From the human T2T-CHM13v2.0 reference genome, Homo sapiens: a stretch of 64,000 nt of DNA. Position 1 is the stretch's first letter; each line of letters opens with the position of its first letter. Location of the stretch: positions 20,544,001 through 20,608,000 of the forward strand of contig CP068257.2 in NCBI GenBank assembly GCA_009914755.4, in the 5' to 3' direction. Under the pieces are notes generated by a model that was given only the letters and a program-made list of their open reading frames with translations, was not told where the DNA came from and ran no database searches. Both the position numbers and the translations under genes were made by a program. Positions 13,351 to 24,600 of the stretch are shown here, piece by piece.

Positions 13351-14188
13351 GAAATGTTAGCAAGCATGACAAAGAGACAAAGAAGAATACTTTAGTATTT
13401 CAGGTACTGCACTTTTCCTCTGCTATCAACATGAGGAGGACATGCCTAGGCTAGTCCAGGGTAAAAGTATTAGAAATATATGGGCCAGAGTAATGAGGCA
13501 TTAGATTTCTTCACCAAAACTATCATAGATCAACACAAATCTAACCAACACCCAACAAGCAGATACTCATAGCCAACCTAGCTTATATCAGGTAAAGCAC
13601 TCAAATTCCTGAGCTAATACTAATGTCAATCAGGTTGTGCGATTGTAATGCAACATAATGGTCACAATATGTAACTGATACAATAGCGCAGAGAAGTGAA
13701 TAAAATAACTATATAAGAAACTTTTCTGAAAGGACATTAATCCATTTTGAGGCTTGAGTCTCAGCATTTGGAAGTCTTCGGTATTAAAAATATCTTAATC
13801 ATCATAGGCTTATGGATTAAAATAGCAAAGAGGATTACTTTCCTATTTCCCATTTGGAACCCTAGAGAAAGTTTCACAAAATGTGAGAGGTCTAAGTGAT
13901 GCAAAGGGGTTGGAAATTGCAGGACAGAAAATCCTCCAAGTTTGTTAACATTTCTCATTCTATACACACCCTACTCTTCCCCCTCCATGACTGTCACTAC
14001 CCTTCTGTTTTGTTTTTACAGGACCTGGGATGGAATTCTGAAATTATTGTGAGCCCCACTTCAAATCCACACCCCCTCCAAAACAATACATGAGAGATAC
14101 CTTGTAGTATTGATACAGTGAGTTACCTGAAGGTCTGTAGAAGTTTGCGTGGGGCTGAGAACAGAATGTAATCTTAAAAGGAGATTCT

Positions 14189-14593
<405 letters not shown>

Positions 14594-14607
14594 CTAAGTA
14601 TTTACCA

Positions 14608-14745
14608 CTTAATAGACAAAATCTAGTTCTTGTTTATTCGACATGTATTTACTGATCAGCTGGTATGTGCCAAATATTGGTCTAGACTCTGGGGATGCAG
14701 CAAATAATTTTAAAAAGAGACAAAAGGTGAGACTGAGTAAATCTG
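14608..14745 (+). mobile_element. L2/MIR-type 3' tail fragment (ancient), copy A of a locally duplicated segment
   Basis: tgtttattcgacatgtatttactgatcagctggtatgtgccaaatattggtctagactctggggatgcagcaaataat resembles the shared L2/MIR 3' end tatttattgagcacctactatgtgccaggcactgtgctaggcactggggatacaaagatgaataag. Confidence 0.35.
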
Positions 14746-15721
14746 AGTTACTGAAATAAATCAGAAGTGATTGTTAATTTACATGAATTTCATTAGGTAT
14801 GATGCTTGTTTTCTGGATACTGAGTGTGAATGGTAAATTATGAGAAAGTTAAACAGTTATGGAGAAAAATAGTTAATTTCTACATATTTGAGTTAACGCT
14901 CCAGAACTGAAACCAATGTCAAGAATAAATGGTATATTTGATCTCTGATGAATATTTTTATATTAGCATGTTTATGAAGATATTTGGATTGGAAAGTAAC
15001 TCAAGAAAAACAGCATGAATTTTCAGAATAAGTGAACATTGCCTAATAACAGAACATATCATTTGATATAACTATCCTTATTTATTTATGTATTTATTTT
15101 CTTTGCTGTAATGGAAAAACAAAAATTAGCAACTTAATTCAGGAAAGTACTGAGTATTTGTTTCTTTCTTATTATCTGTGAATGATAGTCTGAAATGTCA
15201 AAAGTGGTAATTATATGCAAAATAATATGACATAACTTTATAAACATTTAAAATGCATTAAAGTCCATTAAAATTATGCTTTGGTTTCTGAAAGTACAAA
15301 ATGTCTTTCCTAGAAATACTTGTATGTTGGACCTGGCAGAACTACAATTCTTTCACATTTTAAATAACAACAATGTAAAACGAGGCTGCAGCTGTCTCAG
15401 AGGAACCCTCAATCAATTGTTTTTCTGCTTTTCCAGACTCTCATTTATGTAACTGAAACAGATATTGCCAACAGAGCAACTCCAAGAAAACATTACAAAC
15501 CATTAAACAATAAGGGTTTCTGACCTGTTATTTTCTTCCACTAAGGGGAATATAAGGATTGAGAATAAACTGAAGAAGTCAAATAGCCAGATTCATTCAA
15601 AACAGAGCATGAAAAAAAAAATCAGAGCAAATTGGAACGTAAAGCTGTATCTCTAGCAGCTTCAGATCAACAAATACATAAACTTTTCATACAGTAACCT
15701 AAATAGTGGATTGACTAAGGC

Positions 15722-15860
15722 ATAAATAGATAATCTAGGACTTGTTTATTCAATGTGTATTTACTGATCACTTGTATGTGCAAAGTATTGATCTAGATTC
15801 TGGGGATGCAGCAAATAATTTTTTAAAAGAGACAAAATTTTACTCTTTTGGATGTGACAA
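15722..15860 (+). mobile_element. L2/MIR-type 3' tail fragment, copy B (about 87 percent identical to copy A over about 125 bp)
   Basis: aaatagataatctaggacttgtttattcaatgtgtatttactgatcacttgtatgtgcaaagtattgatctagattctggggatgcagcaaataattttttaaaagagacaaaa lines up with 14608-14735, aatagacaaaatctagttcttgtttattcgacatgtatttactgatcagctggtatgtgccaaatattggtctagactctggggatgcagcaaataattttaaaaagagacaaaa. Confidence 0.35.
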
Positions 15861-16267
15861 GATAGTATTTTCTTTCTTCATTTTTTCCTTTTATTCATTT
15901 ATTCAACAAATATGTAATGAAGACCAATGATGAGGTGATAGTATGACGGTTCCTAAATCCACTTTGATGAATAGACAGGTTGATTTTCTGCCCTCATAAC
16001 GCTGGAAGCATAGTGCATTTGCATGCCTCTAGAGTTGTAAAAAATAAGTGACTTGACTTTCCTTTCTAAAAATATTTATCTAAACTTTGAATTCGGAATG
16101 GTAAAATATGGGAAGTAAATTTAATTAATGGATCTAAAGTCTTTAATTGTGTTAAGTACCATGGGTGTTGCGAAGTTGAAATTCTATTAGTCTCCACTCT
16201 TTAGCAACCCTTTGATATATCCAACATTTTAACATCTGTTTTAAACTAATGATCTCTATTGAACTGT

Positions 16268-16335
16268 TACTGACTCTTGGTGCAAAAATGATTGCGGGTT
16301 TTGCCATTACTTTTAATGGCAAAGCCAATAAAACA
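16268..16335. mobile_element. MADE1/Hsmar1-like mariner MITE fragment
   Basis: ttggtgcaaaaatgattgcgggttttgccatta resembles the MADE1 terminus GGTTGGTGCAAAAGTAATTGCGGTTTTTGCCATTA. The central part, cttttaatggcaaagcc, deviates from the canonical palindrome. Confidence 0.4.
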
Positions 16336-16555
16336 ATATTGTTTGTATTTAAATAATAAATTACGATTTTTGTTTTTAAAGTTATAAAAGGCATATTCAT
16401 AGTCAACATAGTACAAATTCCTGCTTTGTGGACAGTGAAGGTATTTCATTATGATGCAATATGATTTTGTATTTAAAGTTTTAAGGGGCACATTCATAGT
16501 TAACATAGTTTAAATCCCTGCTTTGTGGACAGTGAAGGTATTTCTGTTGATGAGA
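16335..16555. repeat. Tandem duplication, about 96-bp unit in about 2.3 copies
   Basis: Unit 16375-16470 is tttaaagttataaaaggcatattcatagtcaacatagtacaaattcctgctttgtggacagtgaaggtatttcattatgatgcaatatgattttgta. Unit 16471-16555 is tttaaagttttaaggggcacattcatagttaacatagtttaaatccctgctttgtggacagtgaaggtatttctg.., about 90 percent identical. A partial upstream copy reads aatattgtttgtatttaaa. Confidence 0.6.
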
Positions 16556-17527
16556 TCTCTCTGGCTCAACTATCCACTTAATTATATCCAGCTGGGCAGA
16601 CTCAACTGCCAAGGCACAAAGAAACTCATTTGGTAAGTGAACCCTGGCCGAGATAGAAAAAAGAACTTCTTGGTTCTCATTTTCCCCACCCTATGCATGA
16701 ATAGTTGACCAACGTCTATATAGAGTCTTCAAAATTATTGCAGCTATCATTTCACAAATTGCTCTTTTCCTGACAGCAAAGACTCACTCAGTTTTCTGAA
16801 ATTTTGAAGAGACTCTTTATGGGAATACAAATGGTGGTTGTCAGAGAAAAAAAAAAGCGTGCTTTTTCATCAATCTGACTCAATAGAAAATGAAGTCTAC
16901 CGTAAAGTTGTGCTTCTGTCATTCAAGGTCAAGAAACAGTTAAGTAACATCACTCAAAGGATTCTGAAGCTAGTCGTCCCTATTCTTGTTCCAGAATCTA
17001 TGAGATTGCTTCTTCCTTTTTATGCCCTTTACCAAGGGGGAGTAAAGGAATTTTATAAGAGGGAGATTTTATTGCATAATAGAAGAAAATATATTTTTAT
17101 GCCAGAGTGTTTCTATCCCTAATGTGGTCCCCAGGTTTCATTTACCTTCGACTCCACTTGATTTTACTCTGTACTTTCTTACACTATGCTCTGTGCTCTG
17201 GAACCCTGGATTTCATATTCTATATGGGTTATTGTATCCTCTGGCTTCTGGTTAGATACAGCTGTGGGAGTGAAAATTAGGGCATTAGCAGAAGAAGCCA
17301 TGGAGGGTGGGTATTCGGTGCTGGCTACATTTAAGACAGGCAAGAGGTAGAGTGTCTGGATTTCTCCATGGAAGCCACAGTGCCTTTGGGGAAGTTATCT
17401 TTTACTATCATTTTCTCTTCTCAAGTTCAGGCTGAGAAGGACTTTCCCTATATGAGACTGCAGCGCTATCTGAACTGTTAGTATTTCTAGGCTGGAAAGA
17501 GCCAAGGAAGCAAAAAAATGCAGAAAG

Positions 17528-17812
17528 GTATATTAGTCTGTTCTCACACTGCTATAAAGAACTACCTAAGACTGGGTCATTTATAAAGAAAAGAAGTTTA
17601 ATTGATTCATAGTTCCACAGGCTGTACAGGAGGCATGGCTGGAGAGGCCTCAGGAAACTTACAATCATGGCAGAAGGGTAAAGGAGAAACAAGCATGTCT
17701 TCACATGGTGGCAGGAGAGAGAGTGAAGGGCGGAAGTGACATACACTTTTTATGATCAGAATTATAATTCAACATAAGATTTGGGTGGGGACAAAGAGCC
17801 AAACAATATCAA
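17528..17812 (-). mobile_element. Solo MaLR LTR (THE1/MST-type) in antisense, with an internal deletion
   Basis: ttagtctgttctcacactgctataaagaactacctaagactgggtcatttataaagaaaagaagtttaattgattcatagttccacaggctg..ggcctcaggaaacttacaatcatggcagaagggtaaaggagaaacaagcatgtcttcacatggtggcaggagagagagtgaagggcggaagtg..agatttgggtggggacaaagagccaaacaatatca is the reverse complement of the THE1/MST LTR, running from ..ggactaataca back to tgatatggtttggctgtgtcccc. The middle of the LTR, about 80-90 bp, is missing. Confidence 0.7.
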
Positions 17813-18438
17813 AGGGAGATGATTATCTCTCGCCAGTCTCTCTCAGCTCCAGCAAAGAAGCACTTTGACTCCTCAGTTAGAGGGTGCTTTGGAAAAATTA
17901 TTGAATCTCTTGCACTGTGGGATGCCCTAAAACTCTGGTTCCAGCACCAACGACACACGCAACAGAAAGAGAAAGACCAGAATTTCAATTGCCTTGTAGA
18001 GCAAGGTACAATTTTTGAAAAATAAAATAGAAAAAAGTCTGAAAACATTAGTTAAATTATTTTCACTTAACATTTTCACAATATTTATGTTTCTAGAAGA
18101 TAAGCCTAATGAAAACTTTATTTTGTTTTCATTGTATTTATTAGTTATATTTTATTGTGGTAAGGCCACACATGATATCTATCTTCTTAACAAATTTTGA
18201 ATTGTACAGTACAGTATGGTTTACTGTAAGCACTATGCTGTAGAGAAGATCTCCAGAATTTTTTCATCTTCCTTAACTGAAACTTTATACCATTTGAAGA
18301 GCAACTAGTCATTTCTTTCTCCTCCCATACAGTGTAAATTGCCATTCTATTTTCTGCTTCTATGAATTTGACTATTTACATCATCTCGTAAAAGGTATCA
18401 TGCATAAAATACATATCTTCATAAAAGGTATCATGCAG

Positions 18439-18951
18439 TTGCCGAGACCAGCTCGGTTGGGGAGACCCTAACCCAGTGGTGCCAGAGGAATTAAAGACAC
18501 ACACACAGAAATATAGAGGTGTGAAGTGGGAAATCTGGGGTCTCACAGCCTTCAGAGCTGATAGCCCCTAACAGAGATTTACCCACATATTTATTAACAG
18601 CAAACCAGTCATTAGCATTGTTTCTATAGATATTAAATTAACTAAAAGTATCCCTTATGGGAAACGAAGGGATGGGCCAAATTAAAGGAATAGGTTGAGC
18701 TAGTTAACTGCAGCAGGAGCATGTCCTTAAGGCACAGATTGCTCAACCTATTGTTTGTGGCTTAAGAATGCCTGTAAGTGGTTTTCCACCCTGGGCGGTG
18801 CAGGTGTTCTTTGCCCACATTGCGGTAAACCCACAACCTTCCAGCGTGGGCGTTAGGGCCATTATGAACATGCTACAGTGCTGCCGAGATTTTGTTCATG
18901 GCCAGTTTTGGGGCCAGTTTATGGCCAGATTTTGGGTGGCTTGCTCCCAAC
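18439..18951 (-). mobile_element. Solo LTR-like insertion (class I/II ERV type; family unknown) inside the antisense L1, flanked by 30-bp direct repeats
   Basis: The reverse complement reads TGttgggagcaagccacc..ggcggtgcagg.., then a ttaataaatatgtgggtaaa TATA/polyA-signal-like block, and ends ..ggttagggtctccccaaccgagctggtctcggCA, so it has TG..CA termini. It carries 9 CpGs, far more than the surrounding L1. Flanks are atacatatcttcataaaaggtatcatgcag at 18409-18438 and atacatatctgcataaaagatatcatgcag at 18952-18981. Confidence 0.5.
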
Positions 18952-21153
18952 ATACATATCTGCATAAAAGATATCATGCAGTATTTGTCCTTCTGTTGCT
19001 GGCTTATTTCTCTTACCATAATGTCCCTGATGTACATTCATGTTGTCACAGATCACAGAATTTCTTTCTTTTAAGGCTGAATAGTATTCTATTTGATGTA
19101 TACACCATAATTTCTTTATGCAATTATCAGTCCATAGGCATTTTAATCTTTTCCACAGCTTGACTATTGTAATTAATGCTGAAATGAATATGGAAATGAA
19201 AATATATCTTCAAGATCCTGGTATCAATCTCTTTGAATGTATACCCAGATGTAGGATTGCTGGGTTATAAGGTTATTCTATTATTAATGTTTTAAGAGAA
19301 TTTCATACTACTTTTTGTAGTATCCATACCGTTTTACATTTCAACGACAAAAAAAAAACATTTAATTGCTCCACAAACCCACCAATATTTATTTATTTAG
19401 ATAATTATTTTAACAATATGAGATGACGTCTCATTGTGAATTGGATTTTTATTTCCCTAGTTATCAGTGATGTTGATCAATATTCATATAACTGGTGGCC
19501 ATATGTCTGTCTTATTTGGAGAAATGGTGATTTAAGTCTTTGGCCCATTATTTAATTGGGTTACTTAAGTGGATTTGGTGGTTATTCTTTGCTTTTATTA
19601 TGTTTTGCTGTTGAATTATAGGGGTCCCTTATATATTTTGGATAATAACCTCTTATCAGATAAATGTTAAGCAATTAGTTTTTCTCATTTTATTGATTGT
19701 TTTCTTTGCCATGCAGAAGATTTTTAGTTTGGTGTTATACCACCAGTCTACTTTTACTTTTCTTGCTTATGTTTTTACTCTCATAGCCAGTAAGTCCTTG
19801 CTAAGACCAATGCCTGGAAGCTTTTTCCTATGTATTCTTCTAGGAATTTTGCAGTTCAGATCTTAAGTTGACATCTTTAATCCACTTTGACTTGATTTTT
19901 AGGTAATATGTAAGATAAATGTCCACTTTCATTTTTTTCCATGTTGATATCTGCTTTTTCATATGTTATATATTGAAAATACTATTATTTTCCTATTGTG
20001 CATTTATGGCATCATTTTCAAAAGTCAGTTGACTGTACATGTATGGATTAATTTCTAGCCTCTTCACTCTGTCCCATTGGTCAATATGTTTGTCTGCATG
20101 CTAGTATCATACTGTTTTAGTTCCTGCAACTTTGAAGAATGCTTTGAAATAAAAAAAAGTGTTTGCTTTAGTTTTGTTCTTTATCAAGATTGTTTTCTCC
20201 ACTCAGCATTTTTGTTGTTCCATACTAATTTAAAGTCTCTTTATTCTATTTTTTAAGTAGAGATTTTGAAAGAAACTGCATTAAATCTGTAGGTCACTTT
20301 GGGTAGTATGAACATTTTTAAAAATATAATACTTCCAATCTATGAATATGGGATACTTTTTCAATTATTTGTGTATCCTACAATTTCTTTCAGCAGTACA
20401 TTATAGTTTTCCAATTACACATTTTTTATTCCTTGGTTAAATGTATTTCTAAGTATTTTAATTTTTGATGCTATGGTAAATGGGATTATCTTTTAAAATT
20501 TCTTTAAAAACAGTTTGTTGTTAGTGTGTAGAAACAAAATTGATTTTTGTATATTGATTTCTACCCTGTAAATTTACTGAACACATTTATTAAACTGGCA
20601 AGTTTTGTTGGTGGAATCTTCAGAATTTTCTACATACAAGATTATGTCATCTGTGAGCAGAGTTAATTTCACTTATTTCTTCTCAAATTGGGATGTGCTT
20701 TGTTTCTTTTTCTTGTCTAATAGCACTAGCTTGGACTTTTTGTACTATATTTAATAGAAGTACAAGAGTAGACATTCTTGTTTCTGATTTTAGAGGAAAA
20801 GCTTTCAGGGTTTTCATCTTTGAATATAATATTATCCAGAAGCTTTTGAAGGTGGCCTTTATTATTTTGAGGCAATTTCTTTTTATACAACATTTGTTAG
20901 AAATTTTTTTTAATCATAAAAGGGCATTAAATTTTGTCATTTTTTTCTTTCTGCATCTTTAAAATGACCATGTGATTTTTAGCATTCATTCTGTTAATGT
21001 AATGTATCAAATTAACTAATGTTTATATGTTAACACATATTTGCATCTTGGGGATAAATTCTACTTGGTCATGCTTTATGATTCTTTAAGTGTTCTCTCT
21101 CTGGAATTCTGTTGGCTAGTATTTTGACGAATTTTACATCTATACTGATAAGG

Positions 21154-21633
21154 TTAAGGGAGGAGACCACCCCTCATATTGTCTTATGCTCAATTTCTGC
21201 CTCCAAAGAAAAAAGAAGTGAAAACTAAAAGGCAGAAATCAAATCCACAGGCTGTCAGCTCAGTGCCACACCCTGGGCCTGGCAGTTAAAGATCGACCCC
21301 TGACATAATCGGTTATGTTATCTATAGATTACAGACGTTGTATGGAAAATCACTGTGAAAATCCCTGTCCTGTTCTGTTCCGTTCTAATTACCAGTGCAG
21401 GTGCATGCAGCCCCCAGTCATGTACCCCCTGCTTGCCCAATCGATCACGACCCTCTCACACTGACCCCCTTAGAGTTGTAAGCGCTTAAAAGGGACAGGA
21501 ATTGCTAATTTGGGGAGCTCGGTTTTTGAAGATGTGAGTCTGCCGATGCTCCCAGCTGAGTAAAGCCCTTTCCTTCTACAATTCGGTGGGTTCTTGTCTG
21601 CAGCTCATCCTGCTACGAGGTGTTTTGACCTAC
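21154..21633 (+). mobile_element. ERV class I-type LTR-like insertion (solo LTR or 3' fragment) inside the antisense L1
   Basis: It interrupts L1 between catctatactgataagg and gttttctgatagtgtctttttctggctttgatatcagagtaat. The U5-like end reads cccagctgagtaaagccctttccttctacaattcggtgggttcttgtctgcagctcatcctgctacg, reminiscent of gamma-ERV LTR ends (..aataaagcc..ttccttct..actcggtgtctgagggttttgtctgcggctcgtcctgctaca). It holds at least 10 CpGs in 250 bp (caatcgatcacgaccc, agcgctt, gagctcgg, ctgccgatgc, attcggtgg, gctacgagg, cctacgtttt). Confidence 0.5.
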
Positions 21634-24600
21634 GTTTTCTGATAGTGTCTTTTTCTGGCTTTGATATCAGAGTAATATTGGCCTCATAGAATGAGTTTGG
21701 AGAAGTTCTTTCCTCTTTAATACTTTGGAAGAGTTTGAGAATGATTGTCATTAATACTTCTCTAAATATTTTATAGAATTCACCATTGAAGTAATCTAGT
21801 CCTGAAGTAATTTACCTTTTTTGTTGGGAGGTTTTTGATTAGTAATTCGGTATTCTTAATAGTTAGTATTATCTTCAAATTTTCTATTTCTTCATGATTC
21901 ATTGTTGGTAGGTTACATCTTTCATGGAATTTATCTATTTCTTCTAGGTTATGCCATTGTTGACATATAATTGTTCTTAGTAGTTTCTTATAATCAGTTT
22001 TACATCTGTGGCACTGGTTGCAATGTCTCTTTCATTTACATTTCCATTTACTCAAATCTTCTCTTTTTTTCTTAGTATAGCTAAAGATTTGGCAACTTTG
22101 CTTGTCTTTAAAAAGACAACTCAATTTGTTACCTCTTTTTATTGTTTTTCCGTCCTTTTTTTATATTTCTGCTCTAATCTTTGCATTTTTTTTCTTCTAC
22201 TAATTTGAGCTTAGTTTTCTCTTCCTTTTTTAGTCTCTTGGGATGTAAAGTTAGATAGTTCATTTGAAAACTTGTTTTTTTAAATGTAGGTACTTACCGC
22301 TGTAAACTTTTCTCTTAGTGCTGCTTTGATGCATGTTATAAATATTGGTATGTTGTGTTTTCATTATTGTTTCTGCAAGATATTATATTAGATTGTGTTA
22401 GATTTTTCTAATGTTGATAAGATATTTTCTAATTTTTAAAAACTTCGTGTTTGAACTATTGGTTACAAGTGTGTTGTATAGTTTTCACAGATTTGTGAAT
22501 TGTTCAGTTTTCTTCTGCTCTTGATTTCTAATTTTATTCCACTGTGGTCATAAAGACACTTGGCATGATTTCAGTCTTCTCAAATTTGTTAAGGCTTGTT
22601 TTGAGACCTAACGTGATCAATACTGGAGAATATTCTGTGTGTGCTTGAAAATAATGTTCATTCTGCTGCTGTTTTGTAAAATGTCTTCATGTTTCTATAA
22701 GTTCAATTTTCTATTTAGTATTGTTCAAATACTTGGTTTTCTCATTAACTTTCTATCCAGATATTTTATCCATTTTGAAAACGAAGTAATGAAATCTTTT
22801 ACTTTTATTGTTTTGCTGTCTACTTCTCACTTCAGTTCTGTCAATGTTTGTAACACATATTTAGGTGTTCTGATATTGGGTAAATATTATTTAAGAATTT
22901 TTTATTTTTATGGTGAATTCACTCTTTAATCATTACATAATATTTTTCTTTATTTCTTATGATATTGGTTGACTTAAAGTCTGTTTTGTCTAATATAAAT
23001 ATGGCTGCCTCTGTTCTCTTTAGATTACCATTTGCATGGACTAGTTTTTCCATTCCTTCACTTTTAGCCTATGACTGTCCTTAAATCTAAACTGAGCTCC
23101 TTGTACACAGCATATATTTGGTTCTTGTTTTTTGCTTGTTTGTGTGTTTTTAAAATGCATTTAACTATTCTATGCCTTTGAGTTGAGGAGTTTAAAACAT
23201 TTACATGTGAAGTAAACATTGATAGAAAAGTACTTAATGTTGCTATTAAATTGTTAATTTTTTTCTGTTTGCCTTGTACTTCTGTCCCCTTTCCCTCTCT
23301 TGCTATCTTTCTTTGTTTTTAGTTAATTTTCTGCAATAATATAATTTGATTCCTTTCTCGTTTTCTTTTGTGTTTCTTAAGTTTTTTAAATGATTATCAT
23401 AGGTTTACACAAAATGTTGTATAGTTATAACAGTATATTTAAGCAGATAATAACAACTTTAATGGCATACAAAACCTTTATACTTTTACACTTCCTGCTC
23501 TTCATTTTATTGCATTTATGTCACATGTTACATATTCTTATATGTTTTATCCCTTAGCATTTTTTATTTTTATTTTTATACATTAATCATTTAATTTGTA
23601 TACTAGGATTAAAAGTAATTCACGTACTACCTTTACAGTATAACATTTTGTACTGTCTATATATTTTCCTTTATCAGCTTGTTTATGCTTTCATGTGCTT
23701 TTATGTTGATGCTTAGCATCCTTTTGTTTCACCTTGAGTAACTCATTTGTTCCTTTGTGTGGATTATGTTTCCTTATTACTTTATTTTTATTTACTACTT
23801 GTTTTGGTATCGACAGATGATAAGAACAACGGCTTCCTCTCCAAGTCCTCCCAGTGTGGCCTCATATGGGAGAAGGCATTCATCATTAGCCTAGCCAGAG
23901 ATTCATGGGGTCTTTAAGACCTCTCTGTGTATGCATCCTCTCTGGACTTGTGCATGTACATTTCGAACGTGATTTTCTGCTTTCTTTTTTTAGAAATGTA
24001 TAATTTCTTGCTTCCTCTGTCATCTATCGGCTGTACCATGTGCCTTCTGGAGTAGCAGCATGCACAAACTCATTTTCCTGTTATCAGTACCCCCCAGGCA
24101 TCTACAGTGTGTCAGAATCCACCTATGCTCTGAGACAGGTGAGACTGAGTTCATTCCCTCAGGCAACCACCTAAAAAGTTTTAAATTTGACAAATGTGTT
24201 AGTCATATCTTTCTCTTCCCAGAGATAAGCCAGTCACTGGGAGTCTTCTTGACTGTGTTATGCTGAGCTGGGAGTAGGCCTCTGATGGATGAGTTTGTAC
24301 TAGCCTAAACTTTTGCCCTGTTCTTAGCGTTCAGGCATCTAGAGTATGCTAGTTCCTACCAGTGTTCCCAGGGAGTTGAGACAGAAGCCAGTCCTTGGTG
24401 CGGCCCGCTGAAAAATTGGAATGTTGCATGCCAGGTCCAATGCTTTTCCTCCCCTAGGATAAGCTGTGAAAAGAGGTTTCTTCCCAATCATGTGGCACTG
24501 TACTGAGGGACAGGCTGTGAGAGGTAAGTGCACACTTCAAGCTATTGCTGTCTTCAGTGTTCCCCAGTCATGCAGAGTGTACCTGATCTCATCAGCACTC

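Noticed and set aside
18768-19163. 131-aa ORF spanning the LTR insert and antisense L1
   Set aside because: It is composed of solo-LTR sequence fused to reverse-complement L1 ORF2. It is a chimeric chance frame across a repeat junction.
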